In this document: positions 29,712 through 39,216 of the stretch, one piece after another
Layout of the letters: the number at the start of each line of letters is the position of its first letter
How positions within the stretch are numbered: the stretch's first letter is position 1
NCBI GenBank assembly: GCA_051870095.1
Contig: JBJEBN010000115.1
Coordinates: 10,000-73,999, forward strand
From: Candidatus Cryptobacteroides sp.
GTDB taxonomy: Bacteria > Bacteroidota > Bacteroidia > Bacteroidales > UBA932
Direction of reading: 5' to 3'
DNA length: 64,000 bases
Translations under genes and position numbers: made by a program
Notes under the pieces: model-generated
Told to the model about the DNA's origin: nothing
Seen by the model: only the letters and a program-made list of their open reading frames with translations
Databases searched by the model: none

Positions 29712-30440
29712 TCATGCAAACAGATAGAAATCATGTGTGAGGGAAAGGTACTCTTCGGTATACTTTCCCTCATTCTGTATGGTCAGGGTCATCTCACACA
29801 CAGATGCACATCTTTCCCTCGAGAACTCGGCAATTATCCTGCAAGGCTGTTTTCGGGGGACGGTGCGTACCCTCACGATATTGAAAAGATGCAGGCCGCA
29901 CATCCTTGCATACCTGCACAGATGCGCCTCCTGGTCCGCAGGAAGCACCATTGAGATACGTCCCTTTTCCGACAACCTTTCCGATGCGAATTCGAGAATC
30001 TCCCTGAACGACAGGCCTGCGGAAGTATGCCTTGCATTGCAGCGCCTTTCAGACGGAGCAAGGAGGGACAGGTCAAAATATGGAGGATTGGAGAAAATCA
30101 GGTCATACCGGTCAGCCGCATGGTCTGCAAATTCATCGAAAGGGACATGACGAATGAACAGCATGTTCTTCCACGGAGAAGCCTCAAAGTTCGCTGCGGC
30201 TTCATGCGCGGAGGCCTCGTCAATCTCGACAGCCTCTATGGCAGCATCGGAAACATCCATGTCCGACATCCTCTGGGCGGCCATCAGGGCAATGGTACCC
30301 GTACCGGTACCGACATCCAGAAGCCTTCTGTCAGATGGTCTTATGGTCATGGCAGCACCTAGAAGCACCCCGTCCGTATTGACCTTCATCGCAGAACGGT
30401 CGTTGACCACGGAAAACCGTTTGAAATTGAATATGCCCAT
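29712..30440 (-). CDS. tRNA1(Val) adenine(37)-N6 methyltransferase (TrmN6/YfiC family)
   Basis: FNFKRFSV...AMKVNTDGVLLGA, LDVGTGTG, NPPYF. Start revised from 30464. Confidence 0.85.
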   Translation of the reverse strand: MGIFNFKRFSVVNDRSAMKVNTDGVLLGAAMTIRPSDRRLLDVGTGTGTIALMAAQRMSDMDVSDAAIEAVEIDEASAHEAAANFEASPWKNMLFIRHVPFDEFADHAADRYDLIFSNPPYFDLSLLAPSERRCNARHTSAGLSFREILEFASERLSEKGRISMVLPADQEAHLCRYARMCGLHLFNIVRVRTVPRKQPCRIIAEFSRERCASVCEMTLTIQNEGKYTEEYLSLTHDFYLFA

Positions 30441-30441
30441 G

Positions 30442-31098
30442 TTACTGCTCCACGAACAATCCATCCTTCATGAACAGGGAGCGGTCGCACATGGCGGCAA
30501 GCGAAGGATCATGCGTCACTATGACTATAGTCTGACCGTATTTGTCCCTCAACGAAAAGAACAATCTGTGAAGTTCCTCCTTCGTGCGGCTGTCTAGATT
30601 GCCGGAAGGCTCGTCTGCGAACAGGACCGCCGGATTGTTCACCAGGGCGCGTGCGATGGCAACCCTCTGCTGCTCACCTCCTGACAGCTGGGAAGGCTTG
30701 TGGGTCAGGCGCTCCGACAATCCGAGATCATCAAGCAGGGACCTCGCGGCGCTTTCGGCATCCTTCCTGCTCCTCCCGGCTATGAAAGCCGGTATCATCA
30801 CATTTTCGAGAGCGGTGAATTCAGGAAGCAGATGGTGGAACTGGAACACGAAACCTATGCGCCTGTTGCGGAATTCCGAAAGAGCCTTTCCCTTTAGGGA
30901 CAGGACATCGGTGCCGTCAATCTCAAGAGATCCGGCATCCGGAGAAGACAATGTACCGAGAATCTGGAGCAAGGTTGACTTGCCGGCACCGGAAGCGCCC
31001 ATGATGGAGACCACCTCGGATTTCCCGGCACTGAAATCAATTCCTTTCAGGACCTTCAGCTCACCGAACGATTTTTCTATTCCTTTTGCAGATATCAT
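30442..31098 (-). CDS. lolD: ABC transporter ATP-binding protein (LolD-like)
   Basis: [50 protein letters not shown]. Confidence 0.8.
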   Translation of the reverse strand: MISAKGIEKSFGELKVLKGIDFSAGKSEVVSIMGASGAGKSTLLQILGTLSSPDAGSLEIDGTDVLSLKGKALSEFRNRRIGFVFQFHHLLPEFTALENVMIPAFIAGRSRKDAESAARSLLDDLGLSERLTHKPSQLSGGEQQRVAIARALVNNPAVLFADEPSGNLDSRTKEELHRLFFSLRDKYGQTIVIVTHDPSLAAMCDRSLFMKDGLFVEQ

Positions 31099-31119
31099 AT
31101 ATAATTATCCCACAGATTT

Positions 31120-31127
31120 CAAAGGTA
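31120..31127 (-). promoter_or_regulatory. -7 box upstream of lolD
   Basis: Plus strand caaaggta = TACCTTTG. Confidence 0.5.
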
Positions 31128-31160
31128 GTGATTTTTCGGCACAGAGAGCGGACAGAGCAG

Positions 31161-31200
31161 AAAATTTGTTCTGAAATGTATACAAACTGAAACAAATTTT
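31161..31200. repeat. 40-bp quasi-palindrome: perfect 10-bp inverted repeats around a central TGTATACA
   Basis: aaaatttgtt (31161-31170) and aacaaatttt (31191-31200); tgtataca at 31177-31184 lies on the same symmetry axis. Confidence 0.7.
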
Positions 31201-31251
31201 TGCCTCATGAACCCTCATGGAAGGCCGCAGAAGGCCGATTTTTTCAATTAG

Positions 31252-31274
31252 CCGTGTATTTTTTCGTTACACGG
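31252..31274. repeat. 7-bp perfect inverted repeat with 9-bp spacer
   Basis: ccgtgta-ttttttcgt-tacacgg, about 40 bp upstream of the pilin-like start. Confidence 0.6.
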
Positions 31275-31314
31275 ATAATACTTCGGAACTTTGCAGCGAA
31301 AAAATGACACTGTT

Positions 31315-34300
31315 ATGAAAAGGATTACAATTGCACTGTTTGCAGCCATGGTGCTGACCTCGTGCATAGAGAGAGAGATTGAACAGCAGACATTCATCCC
31401 GGCCGGACAGCCACAGAAGAGCGAAGAAGAAACCCTGACCATCGGGGTAAGAATCCGGGACGAGACAGAAATCGAGACCAAGAGCATCCTGAAGGATGCA
31501 GACATCGAAGACAGAATCACATGCATAACGCTTGCTGCCTATGACAAGGACGGCGTCCTGCGGGACAGAAAGCATTTCACCTCAGGATTTTCCTCCATGT
31601 CCCTGGACGTGGTAAAGAGCAATGCCTTCGACATCTATGCCCTTGCCAACATGGGAGATATGACGGATTACCTTCCGGCAAAGGAGTCCGATATCGGGAC
31701 ATTGTCCTACAGACTGGAATCATATGATGACATTGCAGCTGCGGGAATACCCATGTGCGGAAGCATGAAGGATCAGAAAGGAGGAGATGGTGTACGTGTA
31801 CTTGAGCTGGAGCGCCTCTTTGCCAAAATTTCCGTAAGGATTCTGCACGACGGACTCCTCAATTCATCCAACGGAGAAATCTATGCCTACAACCTCTGCA
31901 ACAGAAGCGTATATCTGCGTCAGGCAAATTCGAGACTGTATCCGTTCTCGTCAACAGGAAGCCGCGCCCTGAGCGCATCTGACACCATGACTGAATCAGA
32001 CTATCATGCCGACCTGAACAACCGCTCAGAATATGAAGGTTCACTGAACCAGTCCCAACTCGGTCCGGGACCCGGATTTTTCAAAGACACGACACTCGTG
32101 TTCTATGTCCCCGAAAATGTGCAGGGAAAACTGCTGCCCGGGAACGATGACCCTTTTGCGAAGACTCCGGAAAATATCAGCGCCTTGAACGGACAGGACT
32201 ATTCATCCATCTGCACTTACCTCGAATTCAATGCCGAACGCAAGAACACAGCCATAGGATACGGAGGAGGTGTAACATACCGGTATTATCTAGGAGCGGA
32301 CAGCACCAGCGACTTCAGCTTGGAGAGGAATTGCAGATACGACATAACCCTGGAGTTCACAGAAGAAGGTTTCTTCATTGAAAACTGGAAAATGTCACGG
32401 AATGAAGACTGGCAGGACACGCGAACGCTCAAATTCATAGGAAAGCCTTTCACTATCTATAAAGGCGACAAAAAAAATGTGATGGTGCATTATCATACCG
32501 CCACATCGTCAGCCACGAGTTCCATGTTGAAGCCGGAAGAATGGTCACATTCCTTTGATGACGAAGCAATGAGAGCGGCGGGGCTGACATACACCATCAA
32601 CAAGAACACCCTTGTCACGGGGCCAGACGGATACAAGGACTTCTGTTTCGAGTTCAGCGCTTCTGCCCAGGCAAAGGTCGGGGCAAGCTTCCCATTGAAA
32701 ATTTCCACATGGGACGGAGGAATCAGCGATTATACCACGATAACGGTACTGGAGCTCGGTTCCATATCTGTTTCATGGGACTTCTGTCCGATGTATGTCT
32801 CACAGGAAGGTACATTGAGCATAACTGGAGTCCCCGCCGACAAGATGCCTGTAAGCATTTCAGGCTACGACAGCAACATAGTTGAAATATCGAAGGTAAG
32901 CGAAACATCCTTCAAGGTAATTGCCATGGCAGCCGGAGAAACCACATTGTCAATTTCAAACAGTGACGGAAGCCAGACACTGGAACTTACAATGCTGATA
33001 CAGGCCCCAAACCTTAGAATCAGGGCATCCTCTGTAAGCGTCAATCCTGACGGAGCATCCGTAAAGGCTGGATACTTCTACATCGACCGCACAGGTTTCG
33101 AACTCGGCCACATAAACAGACAGGTTTTCTCGACCATGCTGAAAGCTGAAGCTATGGACGCACCGGAATGGCTATCCGTCAAGTCAGACAACATGGAAAT
33201 CGAGTTTTATGTCAGCAAACTGACGGACACTGGAGGAAATGCAATAGGCACAGGGCAAGACTATTACATTTCAATCGGAGCATCGGGATGCAGTGCCGTG
33301 ACCCCGGAGCGGCTGAGGGTACATCTCACGGACCCGTTCGAGGGAATCAGAAGCGGACTTGATTATGGAAAGATAGATGACTGCACCCTGTCCACTCTGC
33401 CATCCGTGAACAGCAGGATCAGTTCATATTTCACCGAAACTGTCCAGAACAACAGAAACACCTTGCTTGAGGCACCCATACCAAATGCAGATGCATCACA
33501 GGTCTCAGCAGAGATTGTACCGCTTAAGGAAGGTGTATTCAGCTACAAATGCGAGGCTTTCAGCATCAAATGGAGCAAATCCACATCCTTCGCCTCCGGA
33601 GCAGCATTCAAAATCGAACAACAGGACATAACCAGGGAAACAAGGCATAGCGTCGGCATACATAATATATATGTGACCGTCATAAACCGTCATTCCAATG
33701 AAAGGATATCGAAAGTTTGCGGAACAATAGAAATATACGTTCACATTGCCGTAGGTGCAACGGCTGTATTCGGATACAGGAACGGATGGTACAAGCCAAG
33801 TACCAATTACGGGACATTCGCATCAGTATACAACAGCTTGCTCGGAAAGAACCTCTTTTCTGACAGCCACCAGTACATCTACTACATGGATGTTTCAGCA
33901 GAATACCTGGTACCGGCTTCCGGAATCCTCGTATTCAACAGAATGATGACCGGCGTTCAGTCACGGAACAATATATTCAACTGTCTTGACATCGTACTGC
34001 CATCCCTTGCTGACGGAGATACTGACTGCAACAATCTGTTGATTTCCGTATTTGACAACAAAGGAGGCGACAGGACAATAGTCTGTGACGAGCCATACGG
34101 CTACAGAAGAGGCATAGGGAAGATGTTGTACAGGGCTGTACTCATGCCTGGAAGGGAATCGGCATTGACAGAAAACGATTTGAGAACCATAATGTTAGGA
34201 TACAACCGGCTTGGAAGCAACGATGAAAGCCATGCTCCGGAATACGGTGTACACGATATGTGCATGAATTCCGACCCTGCATCCAATATGGTATCCAGAA

Positions 34301-34428
34301 AAATACCTTTCCATTTCTGCCCGGTGGACTTCAAGAACTACAGGGATTCCGACGGCAACGGCTATCATGTAATCCACTTCCTTGACACCATAGCCCCCGA
34401 CAGCTGCGGCTGGACCAACCTGCTATGA
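31315..34428 (+). CDS. Type V pilus-related (DUF4906 / FimB-Mfa-like) large lipoprotein
   Basis: Lipoprotein signal MKRITIALFAAMVLTSC, ETKS processing-like site, IYALANMG, LERLFAKI, FYVPENVQG, YRYYLG..DFSLERNCRYDI; long beta-rich C-terminal region. Start revised from 31291. Confidence 0.72.
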   Translation: MKRITIALFAAMVLTSCIEREIEQQTFIPAGQPQKSEEETLTIGVRIRDETEIETKSILKDADIEDRITCITLAAYDKDGVLRDRKHFTSGFSSMSLDVVKSNAFDIYALANMGDMTDYLPAKESDIGTLSYRLESYDDIAAAGIPMCGSMKDQKGGDGVRVLELERLFAKISVRILHDGLLNSSNGEIYAYNLCNRSVYLRQANSRLYPFSSTGSRALSASDTMTESDYHADLNNRSEYEGSLNQSQLGPGPGFFKDTTLVFYVPENVQGKLLPGNDDPFAKTPENISALNGQDYSSICTYLEFNAERKNTAIGYGGGVTYRYYLGADSTSDFSLERNCRYDITLEFTEEGFFIENWKMSRNEDWQDTRTLKFIGKPFTIYKGDKKNVMVHYHTATSSATSSMLKPEEWSHSFDDEAMRAAGLTYTINKNTLVTGPDGYKDFCFEFSASAQAKVGASFPLKISTWDGGISDYTTITVLELGSISVSWDFCPMYVSQEGTLSITGVPADKMPVSISGYDSNIVEISKVSETSFKVIAMAAGETTLSISNSDGSQTLELTMLIQAPNLRIRASSVSVNPDGASVKAGYFYIDRTGFELGHINRQVFSTMLKAEAMDAPEWLSVKSDNMEIEFYVSKLTDTGGNAIGTGQDYYISIGASGCSAVTPERLRVHLTDPFEGIRSGLDYGKIDDCTLSTLPSVNSRISSYFTETVQNNRNTLLEAPIPNADASQVSAEIVPLKEGVFSYKCEAFSIKWSKSTSFASGAAFKIEQQDITRETRHSVGIHNIYVTVINRHSNERISKVCGTIEIYVHIAVGATAVFGYRNGWYKPSTNYGTFASVYNSLLGKNLFSDSHQYIYYMDVSAEYLVPASGILVFNRMMTGVQSRNNIFNCLDIVLPSLADGDTDCNNLLISVFDNKGGDRTIVCDEPYGYRRGIGKMLYRAVLMPGRESALTENDLRTIMLGYNRLGSNDESHAPEYGVHDMCMNSDPASNMVSRKIPFHFCPVDFKNYRDSDGNGYHVIHFLDTIAPDSCGWTNLL

Positions 34429-34453
34429 CAGCCTGTCGGTTCTACAATAGCAA

Positions 34454-34483
34454 AACAGAGAGCAACGATTGTTGCTCTCTGTT
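34454..34483. terminator. Terminator hairpin between the convergent pilin-like gene and tRNA-Pro
   Basis: Perfect 13-bp stem aacagagagcaac-gatt-gttgctctctgtt. Confidence 0.8.
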
Positions 34484-34487
34484 AAAG

Positions 34488-34561
34488 TCGGGGTACTGTG
34501 ACTCGAACACAGGACCCTCTGGTCCCAAACCAGATGCGCTAGCCAACTGCGCCACACCCCG
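34488..34561 (-). tRNA. tRNA-Pro (anticodon UGG), CCA not encoded
   Basis: Minus strand CGGGGTGTGGCGCAGTTGGCTAGCGCATCTGGTTTGGGACCAGAGGGTCCTGTGTTCGAGTCACAGTACCCCGA; anticodon arm TCTGG-TTTGGGA-CCAGA; T-loop GTTCGAGT. Confidence 0.96.
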
Positions 34562-34588
34562 ATTATTTGTTTCCCTCAATTGGGACTG

Positions 34589-34596
34589 CAAATATA
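34589..34596 (-). promoter_or_regulatory. -7 box of tRNA-Pro
   Basis: Plus strand caaatata = TATATTTG, 27 nt upstream of the mature 5' end. Confidence 0.6.
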
Positions 34597-34647
34597 CGCA
34601 CATTTTTTCATTCTCCAAAATTTTTGCAAAGAAACTTGAAGAATTTA

Positions 34648-35535
34648 TTAATTTCGGCTGAAAAAGACAAAGCGTGGGCGGGAGGATAGATCCTGAAGGA
34701 GTTCCGTGCGGGAGAAACCTGCCTGAGCGAAAACGGATTCAGTTTCAGGGCCTAGGGATTCGTTTATCTCCACGATGCCGAAGCCATCTTCCGAAAGCAA
34801 GGAAGAAGCATGCGATGCCAATGCCCTGTAGAAAACCAGCGGATCGTCATCCGGCACGAAAAGGGCGATAGATGGTTCGTAGTCGAGGACATTGGAGCGC
34901 ATCAAAGCCATTTCCGAATCCTTCACATAGGGAGGATTACTCAGGATAATGTCAAATTCAGAAGGGATATCAAACTGTGTTCCAAGCATTTGTCTTCGCA
35001 AATCCTCGGAAAGCACATCCGCTTTGAAGAACAATGGAGCGTCCTCTGACTCAGACGAGAAGTTCTGGGCCGAGGCCACATCAAGGGCAGCTTCGGAAAT
35101 ATCTGCGGCATATACCCTGCTTCCAGGAAGCTCCAGAGCCATGGTCCATGCTATGCATCCGCTGCCTGTGCAGAGGTCCAGTATTTTCGGGCTCTCCCAT
35201 TTCCCGGAAGCATTCTCCAAAGCCGTCCTGCAGAGCAGCTCCGTCTCGGGACGCGGAATCAGCACATCGGGAGTGACCCTGAAAGGTCTCCCATAGAACC
35301 ATGCCTGACCTGTCACATATTGCAGGGGCTCACCTGCCCCAAGCCTGCTGAAGGCATCGAGCACAATCCTGCACTTCTCATCGGATACCTCATATCCGGG
35401 TTCGACTATGTGCGTATACCGTTTCGTTCCGAGAATGTACTCCAAAAGAGAAAACACCATGTTCCGGGCCTCCCTTTCAGGATATTGCCTCGAAACGGTG
35501 TCTTCACCTGCGCTGACGAGCTCCCGCAGCAGCAT
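34648..35535 (-). CDS. prmC: Release factor glutamine methyltransferase
   Basis: GEPLQYV, VLIPRPETE, LDLCTGSGCIA, SNPPY. Confidence 0.93.
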   Translation of the reverse strand: MLLRELVSAGEDTVSRQYPEREARNMVFSLLEYILGTKRYTHIVEPGYEVSDEKCRIVLDAFSRLGAGEPLQYVTGQAWFYGRPFRVTPDVLIPRPETELLCRTALENASGKWESPKILDLCTGSGCIAWTMALELPGSRVYAADISEAALDVASAQNFSSESEDAPLFFKADVLSEDLRRQMLGTQFDIPSEFDIILSNPPYVKDSEMALMRSNVLDYEPSIALFVPDDDPLVFYRALASHASSLLSEDGFGIVEINESLGPETESVFAQAGFSRTELLQDLSSRPRFVFFSRN

Positions 35536-35537
35536 CG

Positions 35538-36551
35538 CTATGAGTTTTCAATTATTGTGGAGAGGAATGCCGTCATCTCCATCCCGGAGGTACGGACCAT
35601 CTTTGGAACGAGTGAAGCCGCAGTCATGCCTGGGATGGTGTTCACCTCAAGGAAATACGGACCGTCTTCCGCACTGATGTAGTCCACGCGGACAAGACCT
35701 GCACATCCCAGGTGTGAGTAGATTTTCCTGGATGTCTCCTGAATGTTGTCCCTGAGAGAATCGGGAATCTCGGCAGGACATACCTCACGGCTGTGCCCGT
35801 TGTACTTGGCCTCGTAATCGAAGAATTCATTCTCGGAAATGATCTCGATGACAGGAAGAGCGACGTTCTCCTTACCGTCAAAATACACGGCGCAGGTCAG
35901 TTCACGACCTGTTATGGCACGCTCCGCCATTATCATGTCGCCCTCGGAGAACGCATAGTCCACAGCCTTTCCGAAATCCTCCACGGTCTTGACCTTTGTT
36001 ACCCCGAAACTGCTGCCTCCGTCAGTAGGCTTCACGAACATAGGAAGGCCGAGCCTTGCCACGGCTTTCTCAGCCAGGCCGTCCATGTTGTCTCCTTTCC
36101 TGATGAATATGTCATCCGCACATTTCACGAAGTCCACATCCTTCAGATAGCTCTTGCAGGAATACTTGTCGAACGTCATGGCAGCCACGAAAGCCGAACA
36201 ACCGCTGTGAGGAACGCCGAGCATCTCCAGGTAGCCCTGCATCTTGCCGTTCTCTCCAGGTGTTCCATGCTGCATTATATAGGCATAGTCGAACTTTATC
36301 TTTTCGCCATCGAGGACTACCGAGAAATCGGTCTTGTCAATCTGCGGACGGGAACCTTGCGGTATGGGAACCTTTATGGAGTTCCGTTTCCTGTACGCAA
36401 CCAGTGACCAGTCACCGAAACGGGCGAATATTTCGTAAACATCATATTTGTAGCCATCTATGCGGGATGCAGTGAACTCTCCGCTTCTGCATGCCACTTC
36501 CCATTCTGAAGAGTCGCTGCCGTAGATTACGGCTATTGATTTTATTGACAT
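35538..36551 (-). CDS. ddl: D-alanine--D-alanine ligase
   Basis: YGSDSSEWEV, HGTPGENG, FVKP..GGSSFG, FFDYEAKY, LEVNTIPGMT. Start revised to MSIKSIAV because the ORF-track extension reads through a REP. Confidence 0.93.
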   Translation of the reverse strand: MSIKSIAVIYGSDSSEWEVACRSGEFTASRIDGYKYDVYEIFARFGDWSLVAYRKRNSIKVPIPQGSRPQIDKTDFSVVLDGEKIKFDYAYIMQHGTPGENGKMQGYLEMLGVPHSGCSAFVAAMTFDKYSCKSYLKDVDFVKCADDIFIRKGDNMDGLAEKAVARLGLPMFVKPTDGGSSFGVTKVKTVEDFGKAVDYAFSEGDMIMAERAITGRELTCAVYFDGKENVALPVIEIISENEFFDYEAKYNGHSREVCPAEIPDSLRDNIQETSRKIYSHLGCAGLVRVDYISAEDGPYFLEVNTIPGMTAASLVPKMVRTSGMEMTAFLSTIIENS

Positions 36552-36575
36552 TTTTATAATTTTTTGTTTGTTGAT

Positions 36576-36603
36576 AGATTCCTCGACTTCGCTCGGAATG
36601 ACA
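36576..36603 (-). repeat. TGTC-tagged REP-like palindrome, 28 bp
   Basis: Minus strand TGTCATTCCGAGCGAAGTCGAGGAATCT, 25/28 identical to the 6347-6374 copy. Confidence 0.8.
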
Positions 36604-36655
36604 GACTGAATAACCACCCTGAAGTCAGTAGCGGGCAAGTCGCCCGGAATTACAA

Positions 36656-39007
36656 TCATTCAAAGAAATAGTCATCCTCTTCTTCGGCCTTGACCGAAGC
36701 ATCCGCATCGCTGCCGTCACAATTCAGATTGAGGGTGATTCCCGGAGGAGCCACGAAACGCTCATTCTCATCCATTCCGAGGGTCGCATCCGCGCGGCAC
36801 TTCTGCATGAACAGGCCCCATATAGGAAGAGCCATGTTGGAACCGCCTCCGAGAGACAGCGACTCGAAATGCACCTGCCGGTCCTCTGCTCCGACCCACA
36901 CGCCTGCTGTCAGTGACGGAGTATAGCCTATGAACCAGCCGTCGGACTGGTCGTTGGTCGTACCTGTCTTTCCGGCAATCTCACCCTTGAGCCCGTATTT
37001 GACCCTCAAACGGATACCGGTACCGCTGTTCACGACTCCCTGCATCAGGTTCGCCATGAGATATGCCGTATATTCGCTGATAGCCTCACGCTTGTGGTTG
37101 TTGAACTCTCCGAGCACATTGCCCATGCTGTCCTCTATCCTCGTGACGAAAATAGGAGTAACATACACTCCCCTCGACGGGAAAGTGTTGTATGCCGACA
37201 CCATCTCATATACATTCAGGTCAGCGGAACCCACACACAGAGGATTCACCGGGTCAAGATAACTTCCCACACCCATTTTCCTCATCATCTCCACCATTGC
37301 CTCAGGCCCGTATTGCTTCATCAGATATGCCGAAATATTGTTGGAACTTTTGGTGAGACCCCATTTCAGGGTAACCGTCTGGCCGATCCATTCGTCCTTG
37401 TCGGTACTCTTAGGCGTCCATGTGTCGTCCCCTACGATGAAAGTCTGCGGCACATTCACCACCTTGTCGCAAGGAGACATGCCCTCCTGCATGGCGAGGG
37501 TATAGAGGAAAGGCTTGATTGTGGAGCCTACCTGACGCTTGCCCTGACGGACATTGTCGTATTTGAAATAACGGTAGTTCGGACCGCCCACATATGCCTT
37601 GACATGGCCTGTATGAGGTTCTATGGCCATGAAAGCGGCACGGAGGTGAGACTTGTAGTAGCGGATGGAATCGTCCGGAGTCATCAACGTGTCGATATAG
37701 CCGTTCTTGTTCCACGAGAACACCCTCATCTGGGTCTTTTCGGAGAAGCTCTTGCGAATCTCGGCGTCAGATGCACCGTTGTTCTTCATTATGCGGTAAC
37801 GGTCGCTCCATCTGCGTGCCTGCTTCATCAGCTGGTCAATGGTCTCCTTAGGGATGTCGTTGGAGAAAGGCTTGTTGGTCTTCCAACGCAAATCTCTCCA
37901 GAAACTCTTCTGAAGGTCTTTGCCAAGATGCTCTGCCACAGCCTCTTCCGCATATTTCTGCATTCTATAGTTGATGGTCGTATAGATTCTCAGGCCGTCC
38001 TTGTCGAGATTGTATGACGAACCGTCGGCCTTCTTGTTCTTGTTGAGCCATCCGTAGAACGCATCATCGGCCCACTGGAGAGAATCCACGACATAGTCCT
38101 CATACTGGGCATATGAAGAACGCTTCGGCTCCCTGGCATTCATGGTGCGTCGGAGCATATCTCTGAAATATGGTGCAAGACCTGCATTATGGTCCTGAAT
38201 CTGATAGTTCAACGTTATCGGAATCTGCTGGATGGAGTCACGTTCCGCCTCCGTGATGAAGCCGGCCTTCTCCATCTGGGAGATGACGAAATTCCTGCGC
38301 ACAAGGGATTTGTCAGGATTGAGGGCCGGATTGTAGCGGGTCGGTTTGTTGACCATTCCCACAAGAGTCGCACTCTCTTCCACAGTCAGGTCTATGGGAT
38401 TCTTTCCGAAGAAGGTCTGCGAAGCTGACTTGATACCATAGGCGTTGCTGCCGAAAAAGATGGCGTTCATGTACATGTCCATGATTTCGTCCTTGGTATA
38501 GTTGCGCTCGAGCTTTACCGCAGTGATCCATTCCTTCAGCTTGACCCATACCATCTTGACCTTCGACATGCCCGGAATGCTGCTGCTTACGTCCTCCCTC
38601 GGATAGAGGGTCTTTGCAAGCTGCTGGGTGATGGTGCTTCCTCCTCCCTGGCTGGAATCGCCTCCGAGCAGGGTCTTGAACATTACCCTTCCGAGACTCT
38701 TGAAGTCTATGCCCGAATGGTTGTAGAAACGGACATCCTCGGTGGCTACAGCCGCATGTATAAGATGCGGAGACAGCTCCTTGTAGCTTACGAATGAACG
38801 GTTCTCTATATGGAAGGTAGTCAGAATCTCCCCGTTCTCCGCAATTACCTGTGTAGCAAGCTTGCTGTCAGGATTCTCCAGTTCCTCGAATGATGGAATG
38901 TCCGCAAATGCCCATACCAGGCCGATGAGTATCATGAACATCGCAATCGGGACCGTGAAGACAATCCAGAACCATTTGATGATTGTTTTTTTCGTCTTAT
39001 CTGTCAT
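36656..39007 (-). CDS. mrcA: Penicillin-binding protein 1A (transglycosylase/transpeptidase)
   Basis: ATEDVRF, GGSTITQQLAK, KLKEW (TG); GSTIKPF (SxxK), KSSN (SxN), KTGT (TP). Confidence 0.9.
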   Translation of the reverse strand: MTDKTKKTIIKWFWIVFTVPIAMFMILIGLVWAFADIPSFEELENPDSKLATQVIAENGEILTTFHIENRSFVSYKELSPHLIHAAVATEDVRFYNHSGIDFKSLGRVMFKTLLGGDSSQGGGSTITQQLAKTLYPREDVSSSIPGMSKVKMVWVKLKEWITAVKLERNYTKDEIMDMYMNAIFFGSNAYGIKSASQTFFGKNPIDLTVEESATLVGMVNKPTRYNPALNPDKSLVRRNFVISQMEKAGFITEAERDSIQQIPITLNYQIQDHNAGLAPYFRDMLRRTMNAREPKRSSYAQYEDYVVDSLQWADDAFYGWLNKNKKADGSSYNLDKDGLRIYTTINYRMQKYAEEAVAEHLGKDLQKSFWRDLRWKTNKPFSNDIPKETIDQLMKQARRWSDRYRIMKNNGASDAEIRKSFSEKTQMRVFSWNKNGYIDTLMTPDDSIRYYKSHLRAAFMAIEPHTGHVKAYVGGPNYRYFKYDNVRQGKRQVGSTIKPFLYTLAMQEGMSPCDKVVNVPQTFIVGDDTWTPKSTDKDEWIGQTVTLKWGLTKSSNNISAYLMKQYGPEAMVEMMRKMGVGSYLDPVNPLCVGSADLNVYEMVSAYNTFPSRGVYVTPIFVTRIEDSMGNVLGEFNNHKREAISEYTAYLMANLMQGVVNSGTGIRLRVKYGLKGEIAGKTGTTNDQSDGWFIGYTPSLTAGVWVGAEDRQVHFESLSLGGGSNMALPIWGLFMQKCRADATLGMDENERFVAPPGITLNLNCDGSDADASVKAEEEDDYFFE

Positions 39008-39100
39008 AGCTTCATATTGTCTGTTTCAAGTTCCCCATGAGGAACCAAATCAATGAATCATTCCGTCCGGCATAAAACGATGATTTACCGGACAAAGTCG

Positions 39101-39108
39101 CAAAATTA
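39101..39108 (-). promoter_or_regulatory. -7 box upstream of PBP1A
   Basis: Plus strand gCAAAATTAgcaa = TAATTTTG. Confidence 0.45.
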
Positions 39109-39216
39109 GCAACAAAATTTGGAAAATTGCCCGGTTTGTTCCTTACTTTGCAAATTCTTTGGCGCAACGGCACATAAAGAATTGAATTTGGGATACCATA
39201 TATTAATAGGAAAGGA

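Noticed and set aside
33500-34428. Diversity-generating retroelement target in the pilin-like C-terminus
   Set aside because: No template repeat or reverse transcriptase seen in the window.
31099-34561. Pilin-like gene as an island integrated at tRNA-Pro
   Set aside because: No integrase, and no duplicate of the tRNA 3' end found near 31100-31300; a plain terminator separates the two genes.
35565-35590. cgtcatctccatccc as another REP copy
   Set aside because: Lies within ddl codons (GMEMTA) and has no matching GA(N3)ATCT arm.
35538-36551. ddl as a vancomycin-resistance D-Ala-D-Lac ligase
   Set aside because: The omega loop has Tyr (DYEAKY) as in D-Ala-D-Ala ligases; housekeeping context; no van genes.
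36552-36659. 36-aa N-terminal extension of Ddl in the ORF track (also the 10-aa extension at 52131-52160)
   Set aside because: In-frame read-through of REP-containing intergenic DNA; homology and signal peptide begin at the downstream ATGs.
37094-38017. 307-aa ORF antisense to PBP1A (similarly 56644-57414 against GH127, 58175-58798 against GH97, and the many short ORFs)
   Set aside because: Fully nested opposite well-supported genes, with no motifs or expression signals.
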